Program-made: the position numbers and the translations under genes
From: a virus
Lineage: Duplodnaviria; Caudoviricetes
Strand: one strand, 5' to 3'
Length of the DNA stretch: 46,461 bases
IMG/VR virus record: IMGVR_UViG_3300038673_000301
Coordinates: 1 to 46,461 of that record
Notes under the pieces: model-generated
What the model was told of the DNA's origin: nothing
What the model saw: the letters and a program-made list of their open reading frames with translations, nothing else
Databases searched by the model: none
Shown here: positions 24,710 to 33,921 of the stretch, piece by piece
Layout: every line of letters starts with the position of its first letter
Position numbering within the stretch: position 1 is the first letter of the stretch

Positions 24710-25107
24710 ATCATACCCCCGATGCTGTTTCTATCCAATGGGAAACCGCCCGTATCCGTTCTCTCAACTCCCGCGCTTGCCTGCACGTCGCCGCCCAAAC
24801 CCTGTAACATTCCTTCGAACATAACACGATAAGAAGAGGTTGCGCCGGGCGCGCGTGTATATGAATAATCGCCTATATGTTCGCTCTGCATTTCGTATTT
24901 TTGTTTTTTAACCTCGAAAACATCCAAAATTAATAGAGCATGTAACATGTCCTTAACTTCCGAAGAAATGTTGGCCGGTACCCGGCGGTCCACTTCGTCG
25001 GCCGTTAGCGCCGCGTATGCGCTGAATTCGGCTTCTGTCATATCGCCGCCTTCGTCGGCCACGGTATATTCTGAAAAAAGTTCTATTGTGTCGCCCGATA
25101 CCGTCAT
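24706..25107 (-). CDS. Head-tail adaptor
   Basis: QSEHIGDYSYTR motif typical of SPP1 gp15-like adaptors. Confidence 0.8.
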   Translation of the reverse strand: MTVSGDTIELFSEYTVADEGGDMTEAEFSAYAALTADEVDRRVPANISSEVKDMLHALLILDVFEVKKQKYEMQSEHIGDYSYTRAPGATSSYRVMFEGMLQGLGGDVQASAGVERTDTGGFPLDRNSIGGMI

Positions 25108-25112
25108 ATAAA

Positions 25113-25439
25113 TTATTCCTCCGGCTGTTCCACACGTGGCAGGTTTGCGTTCAGGTTCCCAACTGCACTAACCATTTTAGACAGTCCACCATTTACACCC
25201 ACACCGAACATAAAAGCCCTAAACAGCGTCCACAATGTTACAGCCGCTTCTGCATCGTTTTCATACACTGCAGCCGCCGTGGACATTGTAAGAAGGGTTA
25301 AAAGAATATAACCGGTCTTTATTTCGGTCGTCTTTGCTTTCGCTGCATCAATGGCCCGTTGGTTGATATAACCCAACGCCATAAAAAACGCGGCGCCCGC
25401 CATCGCAACCAGCGCTAAAACGACATTAGCTTCAATCAT
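25113..25439 (-). CDS. Putative holin (three TM segments)
   Basis: Three hydrophobic stretches in 108 aa; GAGGTG RBS before ATG 25439. Confidence 0.6.
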   Translation of the reverse strand: MIEANVVLALVAMAGAAFFMALGYINQRAIDAAKAKTTEIKTGYILLTLLTMSTAAAVYENDAEAAVTLWTLFRAFMFGVGVNGGLSKMVSAVGNLNANLPRVEQPEE

Positions 25440-25446
25440 TTCTCTT

Positions 25447-27627
25447 TCACCTCTTTTTCTTGCTCTTCCGTATCTTGTTGAAATAAGATGCAACCACGGC
25501 CGACGCGGCCACGAATGAAGCAACCACGAAACTTTCAACGACCCATATCAATTCTTCAATTTTTTCAACTGTTGTTATTATCCACGTTTTATCATCCGTG
25601 CCAATATCAACTGTTAAATTAAAGTCTGTAAGTCCACTTTCGTTAAAAATGTATTCTGCATACGTGGTCGTGTTGTTATACTGTACCGGGGTACTGTTCA
25701 ACAACCAAACAAAATTTACCGGTCCGTCTGCCGTTGCTGTAAATTCTTTGTTTGTGCTGTTCTTAACGGTTTGTGTTAAATCCGTCGGCGTCCACTGTGT
25801 TAAAGTGTTCGGGGTAACTGTGATAAACCACATTTCCGAATCGTTATAAGTAGACGCTGTTAAAGCAAATTCGCCAAGTTCCGTTCCTTCAAAAACATAT
25901 CCGGCTGCCGTGGTGTTTAAATCGGTTTCCACTTCACCGTCGCCGATACTCCAAATAACATCGGCCAAAGCACCGGTCGTAACATTAAAATTATATTCTG
26001 TTCCTAATGGAATTGATATGTTTTGTGTGGCCGGCGACGTGGTTATAAATTCGGTTGGCTCATCATACAACATTGTAACATTGTAATAATATGTTGTATC
26101 TTCTTCAAGTTCGCCGGTCGTTATGTGCAAGTTGTCGCCTATTAACAACACGCTGGCGCCGGGGTCTGTGCTTTCGATGGACGGTGTTTGTAGGTGGTCG
26201 CCCGATACCATTTCATATAGTAAATCGGCTTCGGTAACATTGTTTTGTGGGGTATATTCCATATACAGTTTGTAATCTACTGTGTAATTAATATCCTCCA
26301 GTGTCTTGGTGTAATCGTTTGTAAACAGCCCGATTAATCTTACGCTGTCCGTTCTGGCCACGTTGGATTCTATCAAAACCCCGGTCGTATTTGCCGGGGC
26401 CGTTACGCTCTGGTTTGTACTCAAAACCGGTGTCGGTGTACCGCCCGGAAGTGCTGTTAGTTTTATACCGTTGTACCCGTGTGTAAATACGCGGACGTCG
26501 TCGGCTGTCAGCAATCCTTCATACAGTCCGGCCATGTCCAAAACACCGTTTAGATAATAATACGTGGTTGCGTAACGCCGCCCAACTCTGAACACATTTG
26601 TTTGTACTGTTTCGTTCATCGGGTACGCGGCGACCGACCAATTATTTAATGAAGCATACCACGATTGGTCGGCGGTGCTGTCGTTGTTTATATAGTGCTT
26701 GGTTTCATGTGTATATGTAGACGTGTGCCCGCCGCCGGTTGCGTTTCTATAGTCGGTTGTACAATACTGTGTGGCCGATTCAAGATAATAAATCCAAACG
26801 GCCGTTGCGGTGTCCAATGCTGTGTCTGTGTTATCCACATATACATAATCGCCGTCGCCGTCGAAATCCAATGCACCCAAAGCCTGCCCGTTCCGGTCGT
26901 TCACGTAAACCCCGCTGCCGGCCACGGTTCCATGAAAACCGTTTCCGGTTATATCATTGGAATTATTATTAAAAGTCCACACAATAAACCAGTCGTCCGG
27001 GGTGCCGGGGTATGTCGAAATATTGCTTTCGTCCCATTCCATATATGCCGGCGGGGTTTCGATTAAACCATAAATTAAACTGCTGCCCGTTATCGAAAAT
27101 GGAATTTCCGTGCTTCTATAATCGATGTTCTGAACGGTTTTATCATAATACCCGGTCGCGCCGCCAATGATGACTTCTGAAACATCTGTTTCAAGTTCAA
27201 TGTATCCGGTCTTGCTGTCTACAACGTCGGCAGTTTTGATAATTTTTACACTGTCGATAATCCCGGCGTTCGTTACGTGGACATAAGAAAATTCTTTACC
27301 ATTGTAACCGGGTAACTTTTTTAATACGTTTTCATGGAATTTAAGTTTCACCCGTTTATCTACTTTCTCTTTATCATATATTATAAGAAGTTCATCGGTT
27401 TTTTCTATCCTGAATTTACTGGCGTCTTTTGTGGTTATTTGAATTTGCCCGACAAACGCGGCCGGCGCGTCGTTAATAGTTTTATACTGTTCTCCGGTGT
27501 CGTCTTGCCGGCGGTCGTCGGTGCCTGTGATCAGACCCGGACCGGCCGCCCCGGCTAATGAACTTAAAACAATAACAAAAGTTAAGAACAACGCGGCGGC
27601 GCGTTTAATCCGGTCGAACATCTCCAT
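25447..27627 (-). CDS. Exported, membrane-anchored surface glycoprotein (LamG-like plus Ig-like repeats)
   Basis: Signal peptide RIKRAAALFLTFVIVLSSLAGA; LamG signature WTFNNNSNDITGNGFHG..DRNG..ALDFDGDGDY; many NxS/T sequons; C-terminal TM followed by KIRKSKKKR. Confidence 0.8.
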   Translation of the reverse strand: MEMFDRIKRAAALFLTFVIVLSSLAGAAGPGLITGTDDRRQDDTGEQYKTINDAPAAFVGQIQITTKDASKFRIEKTDELLIIYDKEKVDKRVKLKFHENVLKKLPGYNGKEFSYVHVTNAGIIDSVKIIKTADVVDSKTGYIELETDVSEVIIGGATGYYDKTVQNIDYRSTEIPFSITGSSLIYGLIETPPAYMEWDESNISTYPGTPDDWFIVWTFNNNSNDITGNGFHGTVAGSGVYVNDRNGQALGALDFDGDGDYVYVDNTDTALDTATAVWIYYLESATQYCTTDYRNATGGGHTSTYTHETKHYINNDSTADQSWYASLNNWSVAAYPMNETVQTNVFRVGRRYATTYYYLNGVLDMAGLYEGLLTADDVRVFTHGYNGIKLTALPGGTPTPVLSTNQSVTAPANTTGVLIESNVARTDSVRLIGLFTNDYTKTLEDINYTVDYKLYMEYTPQNNVTEADLLYEMVSGDHLQTPSIESTDPGASVLLIGDNLHITTGELEEDTTYYYNVTMLYDEPTEFITTSPATQNISIPLGTEYNFNVTTGALADVIWSIGDGEVETDLNTTAAGYVFEGTELGEFALTASTYNDSEMWFITVTPNTLTQWTPTDLTQTVKNSTNKEFTATADGPVNFVWLLNSTPVQYNNTTTYAEYIFNESGLTDFNLTVDIGTDDKTWIITTVEKIEELIWVVESFVVASFVAASAVVASYFNKIRKSKKKR

Positions 27628-28211
27628 TATGCCTCCTGCAAGCCCTGTATATATGCATTCCCGGCGGCACCCAACTTTAAAACAACGCGTGTCGGTGTGT
27701 TTGTAACCGGAATCATCATTGCTATGGGGTTCCATTTCGCGGCCATTGTTGCATCTAAGTCCAGCCGTTCGTCTGTCGCGTATGAATACGCAAGCCCGCC
27801 GGACACCCAATCGGCCAACGGTTTAAACTCTACCTGAACTTTTAGTGTGTCGGCGCAATCTGTCATAACGGCAAACTGAACTAAATAAAAACTTTTTGAA
27901 CCGTCTGTGTCGATATAAAATTCGGCGTCGCCCGCCTCTGCAAGTTCGACGGTGTAGATTCCGCGCCCGGACACGTCCACTTCGCCGATTTCTTCTACAA
28001 GTGTGCATGTTACGTTGTCGCCGTCGTCATCCGTAAAAACGATCGGGGTATATGCGTATTTCGGTTTGTACCACACTAAAAATTTAGCAAGTAAACCGTC
28101 TTTGTATGCTGTCACATGCACTTCATTTGAATTTGATAACAGCGCGACGGCGTCGCTTGCTTCTTTTAATGTGCTGTACGTTTCTACTATGTAACCCGTC
28201 ATTATATCCAC
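27627..28211 (-). CDS. Hypothetical virion-associated protein
   Basis: 194-aa beta-rich ORF in the head module. Confidence 0.7.
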   Translation of the reverse strand: MDIMTGYIVETYSTLKEASDAVALLSNSNEVHVTAYKDGLLAKFLVWYKPKYAYTPIVFTDDDGDNVTCTLVEEIGEVDVSGRGIYTVELAEAGDAEFYIDTDGSKSFYLVQFAVMTDCADTLKVQVEFKPLADWVSGGLAYSYATDERLDLDATMAAKWNPIAMMIPVTNTPTRVVLKLGAAGNAYIQGLQEA

Positions 28212-28223
28212 CGCCCGTCGCTA

Positions 28224-28739
28224 TCAGTCGGCCATCTGATACAATAACATTACATCATAGTGCCCGGTCCCGCTGCTGCTTCCGGTTGCTGTGATTTTAA
28301 GGTTTAGCGGGGTGCCTGCAGCCAACGCGCTCTGTCCGGTTTCAACTGCTGTGCTGTGGACCGCCTTTGCGCTTTCGCCGGCGGCAGTCAGCGTCCGGCC
28401 GAACCTCTTGACAGGGCTGGTCGCGTTGTCGTATAGTTCAATTTTGCCGTCTGTGGTGTCCTTTACATACGCCTCGTTGGCTATATCATACATGGATAAT
28501 AGTGTTATATCATCCGGCGCTACAAACACATTGTATATGGTATAACCGGACCCGTCGGCCACGTCCGCGCCCGTTGTTGCCAGCGCGGTCCGGGTGCCCA
28601 GCCCGATAGTCAGATGTGCGATTTTGACTTTGTGCAAGTCGATTTCTGCATCTATCAAAGAAAATTCTGTATATAATTTCTTGGACAGTGTCCCGCTTTT
28701 CATTGCAAACTGTCTTGTACTTTTTGCTGTGTATGTCAT
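28224..28739 (-). CDS. Putative capsid decoration / head fibre protein
   Basis: Follows the MCP; Thr/Ala/Gly-rich, jelly-roll-like ending ALAAGTPLNLKITATG. Confidence 0.6.
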   Translation of the reverse strand: MTYTAKSTRQFAMKSGTLSKKLYTEFSLIDAEIDLHKVKIAHLTIGLGTRTALATTGADVADGSGYTIYNVFVAPDDITLLSMYDIANEAYVKDTTDGKIELYDNATSPVKRFGRTLTAAGESAKAVHSTAVETGQSALAAGTPLNLKITATGSSSGTGHYDVMLLYQMAD

Positions 28740-28787
28740 AAATATAACTCCTGATGTTTTTCAAGGTACTTGGAAAGTCCCATACAA

Positions 28788-28818
28788 ATTAAAACAGGTG
28801 AAGAAAATTAAACCTGTT
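28788..28818 (-). terminator. Terminator-like hairpin after the MCP gene
   Basis: AACAGGT/ACCTGTT inverted repeat (28793-28799, 28812-28818) followed by TTAATTT on the minus strand. Confidence 0.45.
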
Positions 28819-29786
28819 CATACTCCACTTGATGCATATAGCAAGCCGTAGCTTTCCGCGACGCTGAATTTGCCCTCAAACCAAAACTGCATGACGGTGT
28901 CGTGGGATTTATCTTCCTCGTAAACATTGTAATGCATACCGTAGTTTGGCGCGGTCACTATCTGTTTTGCGCCGCCGACAATGGTTTCATATTTCACTTC
29001 CGGGATGCTGAATTTGGGGTCGTTGTAATAGTGGAGTTCCACGGCCGGGTTATTCCGGTCCATGCCCAATATTGCTCCCTCGTCCAGCCCACTTATAACC
29101 GCGTGAACTTCGCCAACGGTCGGCACAAAAATATTATCTTGGTCTACCGTTGGAACACCCATAAGGTTTTGCATCTTCAAGAATTCCACATCAACTCCCA
29201 AAAGATATTGGCGCAGTTCATAGAAGTTAGTATCTTCCAAAAACACATCGGTCAGCCTGTATGGATAACCGGCTCGGCGCATGTCTTTTTGAAATGCCAC
29301 AAGGTCTTTTATGGGCGTTGCTTCGTCGCTACTCCATACGGCGGACGGGCTAAACGTGCTTGTGCTTCCGGCGCCGGCCTTTGCAGCAACCAGCCATTCG
29401 TTGTTGATTATGTACGCCATCCAATACCCGGCGGTATTGAATGCTCTCATAATTTCGCTTAGTCCGGTCGGCTCTTCCCTGATAATATCGTGTGGTATCC
29501 TTATAGAAAAACCACGCTTCAAGGTCACGTCGGCCCCGTAGCTTCCGCGCCCGATATTGATTTCGGGCAGGTCAGAACCAATAATCGCCAGCGGCAGCCC
29601 GGTTGGCTTATTTGCGTCGCTTGATGCCCCGGTGCCGTCGTACCTGTACAAAAACGCCTTTCCTTTTTCGGGCACCGGCACCGCGTATTGCATAAAACGC
29701 AGATGTGTTTCCGCTATCTTATACGTAAGACCAAGCGCGGTTCCCGCTTTTAAAAACCTGTCGTAAGTTCCGTGTACTTCACCCAT
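28818..29786 (-). CDS. Major capsid protein (HK97 fold)
   Basis: 322 aa after protease and cement genes; GSDLPEI, WSSDEATPIKDL patterns. Confidence 0.85.
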   Translation of the reverse strand: MGEVHGTYDRFLKAGTALGLTYKIAETHLRFMQYAVPVPEKGKAFLYRYDGTGASSDANKPTGLPLAIIGSDLPEINIGRGSYGADVTLKRGFSIRIPHDIIREEPTGLSEIMRAFNTAGYWMAYIINNEWLVAAKAGAGSTSTFSPSAVWSSDEATPIKDLVAFQKDMRRAGYPYRLTDVFLEDTNFYELRQYLLGVDVEFLKMQNLMGVPTVDQDNIFVPTVGEVHAVISGLDEGAILGMDRNNPAVELHYYNDPKFSIPEVKYETIVGGAKQIVTAPNYGMHYNVYEEDKSHDTVMQFWFEGKFSVAESYGLLYASSGV

Positions 29787-29789
29787 TGT

Positions 29790-30413
29790 TTAAGCCCCCG
29801 TTGCGGCTATTAACAGCCCGGTTATGCCTACCAGCGCGTTGTATTCGTCGCCGTCGGTTCCGGCCGCCACGTAATGCAACGGGACAACACCGACGCCGCC
29901 GCTTGCTTCTGAATCGAAACATAGCTTGTGGTCGGCCAGCATACTTGTTATATTAAGTTTCAAAGTTGTTCCCACGCCCGGCACACATGCATTTGAGCCA
30001 TTGCACATTATAGTAGCTTCCTGCACGGTGTTAAACGCCCACAATTCAACTTCTGCAATTCTGAAATATTTGCCTGCAAGCCTTTCGGCCAGTGTGTCGG
30101 CTGCGGCGCTTGTTGCGGGTTTGTTTAGAAACTGTGGTGTACTGATCACGCGCCCGATAACCAGCGTTTCGGCGTTCACGGGCCGTTCAACCAGAATATT
30201 TCCACCGGTTGCGCTGTACGTGTTGGCCGTGTCGTTTGATATTGCCACTATATCGCCTTCAGCAATTGCGGCAGCGAACGTGTACACCGGCTGCGATTCT
30301 CCCAATGCATCATAGCCGGTTGCCACGGTTATGGCGCCTTCGTCTAATATGGCCGTAAGTCTTGGGCCGCGCGGTCCGTATTCGCCGGGAATGGCTACTC
30401 TTCCATCTGTCAT
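29790..30413 (-). CDS. Capsid cement / decoration protein
   Basis: Between scaffold and MCP; AAIAEGDIVAI..VIGRVI. Confidence 0.7.
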   Translation of the reverse strand: MTDGRVAIPGEYGPRGPRLTAILDEGAITVATGYDALGESQPVYTFAAAIAEGDIVAISNDTANTYSATGGNILVERPVNAETLVIGRVISTPQFLNKPATSAAADTLAERLAGKYFRIAEVELWAFNTVQEATIMCNGSNACVPGVGTTLKLNITSMLADHKLCFDSEASGGVGVVPLHYVAAGTDGDEYNALVGITGLLIAATGA

Positions 30414-30416
30414 TTA

Positions 30417-31397
30417 TTACACACTCCTTATGAATAGTTTTTGAAGTTCGCGCTGGCTTTTGATAGTGTCATCGACCGGCTGACCGTTCAAAAATTCTTC
30501 GCCTTCCTCTTCCTTTTTCGGCGCTTCCTTCATGTTTTTAAACATCTTTAAACTGAATCCGGCGGGGTCGTCTGTCCATTCCTTTTTCAACTGTTCCTCG
30601 GCGCCTTCCGGTTTCAGCATTCCGATAGGCAGCGCGGTTTTGATTTCCTGCCATTTTGCGTTTAGCTTCTCAACTTTTGCTTCGTCCTCTGCTTTGCGAT
30701 ATTCTGCAATAACGCCGTCTGCCTCCTGCAGCCGGGCCTTCAAAGTGTCTATTTCTTTTTTAAGTTCTTCTAACTGTCCGTCGGGTTTGACTTCCGGCGG
30801 CTTTCCTTCCTCTCCCATGTGTTCGCCCTCCGCTTCTTTAAAAATTTCTGGTTGTTTAGCACCGTTAAAAATTGTACGTATGCCCTCCAAAAGTTCATCG
30901 AGTTTGTGTTTTGCATTAAGAAAACCGGACCCCCGGTCCACCGGGACGGCCAGCCCCTCTTCCACAAAAACCAGTAAATGTTGGGGTTTAATATTTTTTA
31001 CCTGTCCGTCCACAACACTTCCGAAAAAACCTGTTGATAAAGACAATTTCCCACTGTTGATAAATTCGTTTAATTCCTGTTGTTTTTTCGTGAATGTTGG
31101 TTTCGCAAGTAATTTGGGGTGTCCAGTTACTTCAATTCGTGGAGATGTTACGTATCCAACAATTTCTCCATTTATTTCAGCCAGTGCATCATCAACATTC
31201 TCTTCAAACTTCTTTGGGTTGGGGTGCCTCTGTGCATAAATAATTGGAATGTTGTTCCAACCGTCTAAATTTTCCTCAAAAGAATCAACTGGGTAAAAAT
31301 CACCACCAATATTTGCATTTAATGTTTGAAGTATAGCATCATGCGACTCTGTAAAGTTCCCTTTACCTTCAAACATTTTATCGTCAGTAGTTACCAT
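30417..31397 (-). CDS. Prohead protease fused to scaffold
   Basis: WNNIPII...HP, IVGYV, LSLSTGF, PQHLLVF (herpes/HK97-type protease pattern); acidic coiled-coil C-terminus. Confidence 0.8.
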   Translation of the reverse strand: MVTTDDKMFEGKGNFTESHDAILQTLNANIGGDFYPVDSFEENLDGWNNIPIIYAQRHPNPKKFEENVDDALAEINGEIVGYVTSPRIEVTGHPKLLAKPTFTKKQQELNEFINSGKLSLSTGFFGSVVDGQVKNIKPQHLLVFVEEGLAVPVDRGSGFLNAKHKLDELLEGIRTIFNGAKQPEIFKEAEGEHMGEEGKPPEVKPDGQLEELKKEIDTLKARLQEADGVIAEYRKAEDEAKVEKLNAKWQEIKTALPIGMLKPEGAEEQLKKEWTDDPAGFSLKMFKNMKEAPKKEEEGEEFLNGQPVDDTIKSQRELQKLFIRSV

Positions 31398-31447
31398 AAC
31401 ATCACTGTAAGAATATTAACATCAACAACTATATAAATATTGTGCGA
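31398..31447 (-). promoter_or_regulatory. Late-type promoter of the capsid/tail operon
   Basis: TCGCACAATATTTATATAGTTG..GTTAA..TACAGTGATGTT; twin at 43219-43269. Confidence 0.7.
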
Positions 31448-31879
31448 AAAAACAGATAAGTTTGGAGTTGTTGTGTAAAGCACCACGGCACACCGTTTTT
31501 AGAAACCACTATCAAGCGGCGTATGCCCTTTAAAGCCAATTTAAAGCGATTTGAGAGGGGGGTTTATATACCCCCTTATATTAGTATGGGAAACTTTTTT
31601 TCGTCGATTCGGGCGCACTGCTATCGATTATGTTCTCAAAAAAGTTTAAAGGTGAGGACATTGTAAACTTGCTCTGGTTTTTTATGTCGGAAATACTGTT
31701 GCATACTTCTTAATACAGTTGTTTTATCCACAACGCTTGATATAAAAACAGCAGGTGTTGTGGTGTATAAGTTTGTAGCATTGTTTATAGTGTTTATAAG
31801 GTTACGCGCTTAATTACAATCGTAAATATTTCAAAACATGTTTTAATAAAACGCATTGGTATAAAAAATGGGAAGTGTT

Positions 31880-32137
31880 TTAATAAACAACCATCAAATT
31901 ATCTTTATCACTTTTTACATATTCGTCGGTTTTTTCAACTGTTATTTTTTTTATGTGCCCGCCCAATTCTTTTATGGCTTTCCGGGCCATTGCTTCAACC
32001 GGGGCGGGTGTGTATCCTTTTATGCTGCCCGGCCCGGCGAGCCCGGTTAATAATGCTGTCAGCGCCGGGTTGTCCGATGACCAACCGGCGCTTGATATTG
32101 TGGCTTCTGTGCCTAACAACTCTATAATTATAATCAT
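31880..32137 (-). CDS. Hypothetical protein downstream of MuF (candidate immunity or partner protein)
   Basis: 85 aa, with its own TATA box and GGGGG RBS. Confidence 0.65.
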   Translation of the reverse strand: MIIIIELLGTEATISSAGWSSDNPALTALLTGLAGPGSIKGYTPAPVEAMARKAIKELGGHIKKITVEKTDEYVKSDKDNLMVVY

Positions 32138-32150
32138 GCTGTGGCCCCCA

Positions 32151-32193
32151 TTAATAGTTAGTTGTTATGTAACTGTTGGTATATATAACTATC
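32151..32193 (-). promoter_or_regulatory. Internal promoter resembling the early type
   Basis: TTATATATA, then AACTAACTATTAA, compared with ACTAACYACTAA at 1761 and 3384. Confidence 0.55.
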
Positions 32194-33921
32194 TCAATTC
32201 ATTGTTCTTATCAACCATTTAAAAAATTTATTGTGCTGTACAATTAATGTTTCTGGTTCGTCGTATAGCATCTCCATGCCGTAGCTTATCACTTCGGTAC
32301 TGCCCGGTTTCGTCGGGTCGCGGTCGCCGGGCGTGTTGTAAAATTTGCCCATATAAGAATGTGGATAATTACCAACGTAAGCAACTTCCGAAGCATCGTA
32401 ACTATTTATACCCGTTATGCTCGATAGTTTCTTCAGTCCCGCTTCGGTGGCTTCTTGTTCCCGATATGCACTGGCGGCGTGGAATATATCAATATTGTTA
32501 TATTCTATGTGGTGACTTATTTCATGTACAAAAATACGCGCTTCCGCCGTCGCTTCCATATTTACCCGCGTATACGGCACCGGACCGACGCTTGCCGATG
32601 ACCGATATGTCCCAATTTTAACATTTACTTCAACTTCGCCGCTTTTTATACCGTTTTTGAGTTTGTGCGGCGCCACCATGTGCCCCAAAAATTCGTCGGC
32701 CCGGCGTTCGCGTTCAATCATTGCAGCCGAGGCTTCGCGCGGCACAACTTTATATTTTGTATACGGGGTTTGTTCTGTTATATCGACGTGCTTAAATCCG
32801 TGTTTCGGTGCTGTGTCGTATATGTATAACTTGGGGTGTACTCTATCAAGATATTCATTTCGCAGCCGACGCTGTTCTGCCAGCGCGCCGTTAAATTTGT
32901 CTACCGCGTCCCATTGGGACGCATAAGACTTCTCAAAGATATCCGACCAATCGTTTATTTTTTTCATGCTTTCGCGCATCTGTTCTTCGACCATTGGTAC
33001 AAGTTCCGGCGCGGTTTTTGACCACTCTTCCTTCATTTCTAATAAACTTTGATAGTTTTGTTTTTCTTTTTCTATCATGTCCGGGTATTTATTAACTATT
33101 TCTATGTGTTTCCGTGCTTCGTCGCGGGTTTCGTTTACCAATCGGTCGACCGGCTCTGATTCTTTTCTGAATACTGCATATTCCTGCAATATTTCGTCGC
33201 TTGCGTTGTTCAGCCGTTCGTCGCTCAATCTTTCGGCCACGCTTCCCGGTTCGTATTCGGGGCCGGGTTCCGGTTCAAGTTCCGCGCCGGGTTTCGATAT
33301 TACCGGCACGTAAACACAACGGCAATTGGGCTCGCCCAACGGCGGCGCCTCATCAATGTTATACTCTTTACGGTGCCGGGCCAAATGGTCCGGCCGGGCG
33401 TTCGGCAGCGTGCTGTGTAACCAGCGGATCCGCTCAACATTGTTCTCTTTAAACCGTGCAAACGTCCCCTCGTATTGAATTTTGCGGGTTTCCGTGCGCG
33501 CTACCATCGACGCATGGGACCGCCGGCCGTTGAAATATTCGTGGAGTTCGGCAGCAATTGAATTTTTCGGATATCCGCCGCGCTTGCCCTGTTTAACGCC
33601 GGGGTTTTTTCCTTCCTTTATTCCCTTCGTGATAATTTCCGAAACCCGCTTGCGCTGGTCTTTCGACGATTCGATAAACCACGGTTTAAAAATCTTTCTG
33701 TCGTCCTCAACTACCCAACTGCCGCCTTTTTGTATAAGGTCTTTTTTATATTTGGCCGTGTATTTCTTAGCGTGGCTCTGTACCTGCTTCATAGAAATAC
33801 TTAAATTGAGCAACTTGTCGGCGTTAATTTCGCCGGCAGCATACGATTTCCCGGCCCCGTCTACAAGTATTTTTGCATACTGTTTGTCGTGGTCGTCAAA
33901 AGCATCATCCAACTCACTCAT
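32194..33921 (-). CDS. MuF (SPP1 gp7-like) minor head protein with C-terminal zincin metallopeptidase-like domain
   Basis: ASMVARTET, RPDH, PNCRC; then coiled coil; then FVHEISHHIE (HExxH) and TEVISYGME. Confidence 0.85.
   Translation of the reverse strand: MSELDDAFDDHDKQYAKILVDGAGKSYAAGEINADKLLNLSISMKQVQSHAKKYTAKYKKDLIQKGGSWVVEDDRKIFKPWFIESSKDQRKRVSEIITKGIKEGKNPGVKQGKRGGYPKNSIAAELHEYFNGRRSHASMVARTETRKIQYEGTFARFKENNVERIRWLHSTLPNARPDHLARHRKEYNIDEAPPLGEPNCRCVYVPVISKPGAELEPEPGPEYEPGSVAERLSDERLNNASDEILQEYAVFRKESEPVDRLVNETRDEARKHIEIVNKYPDMIEKEKQNYQSLLEMKEEWSKTAPELVPMVEEQMRESMKKINDWSDIFEKSYASQWDAVDKFNGALAEQRRLRNEYLDRVHPKLYIYDTAPKHGFKHVDITEQTPYTKYKVVPREASAAMIERERRADEFLGHMVAPHKLKNGIKSGEVEVNVKIGTYRSSASVGPVPYTRVNMEATAEARIFVHEISHHIEYNNIDIFHAASAYREQEATEAGLKKLSSITGINSYDASEVAYVGNYPHSYMGKFYNTPGDRDPTKPGSTEVISYGMEMLYDEPETLIVQHNKFFKWLIRTMN

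Noticed and set aside
25447-27810. 787-aa version of the surface protein; likewise the long starts called at 16469, 25538, 24507 and 14409
   Set aside because: The upstream extensions overlap other genes. Internal ATGs with an RBS or tight gene coupling are more plausible, and at 27627 the ATG puts the signal peptide at the N-terminus.
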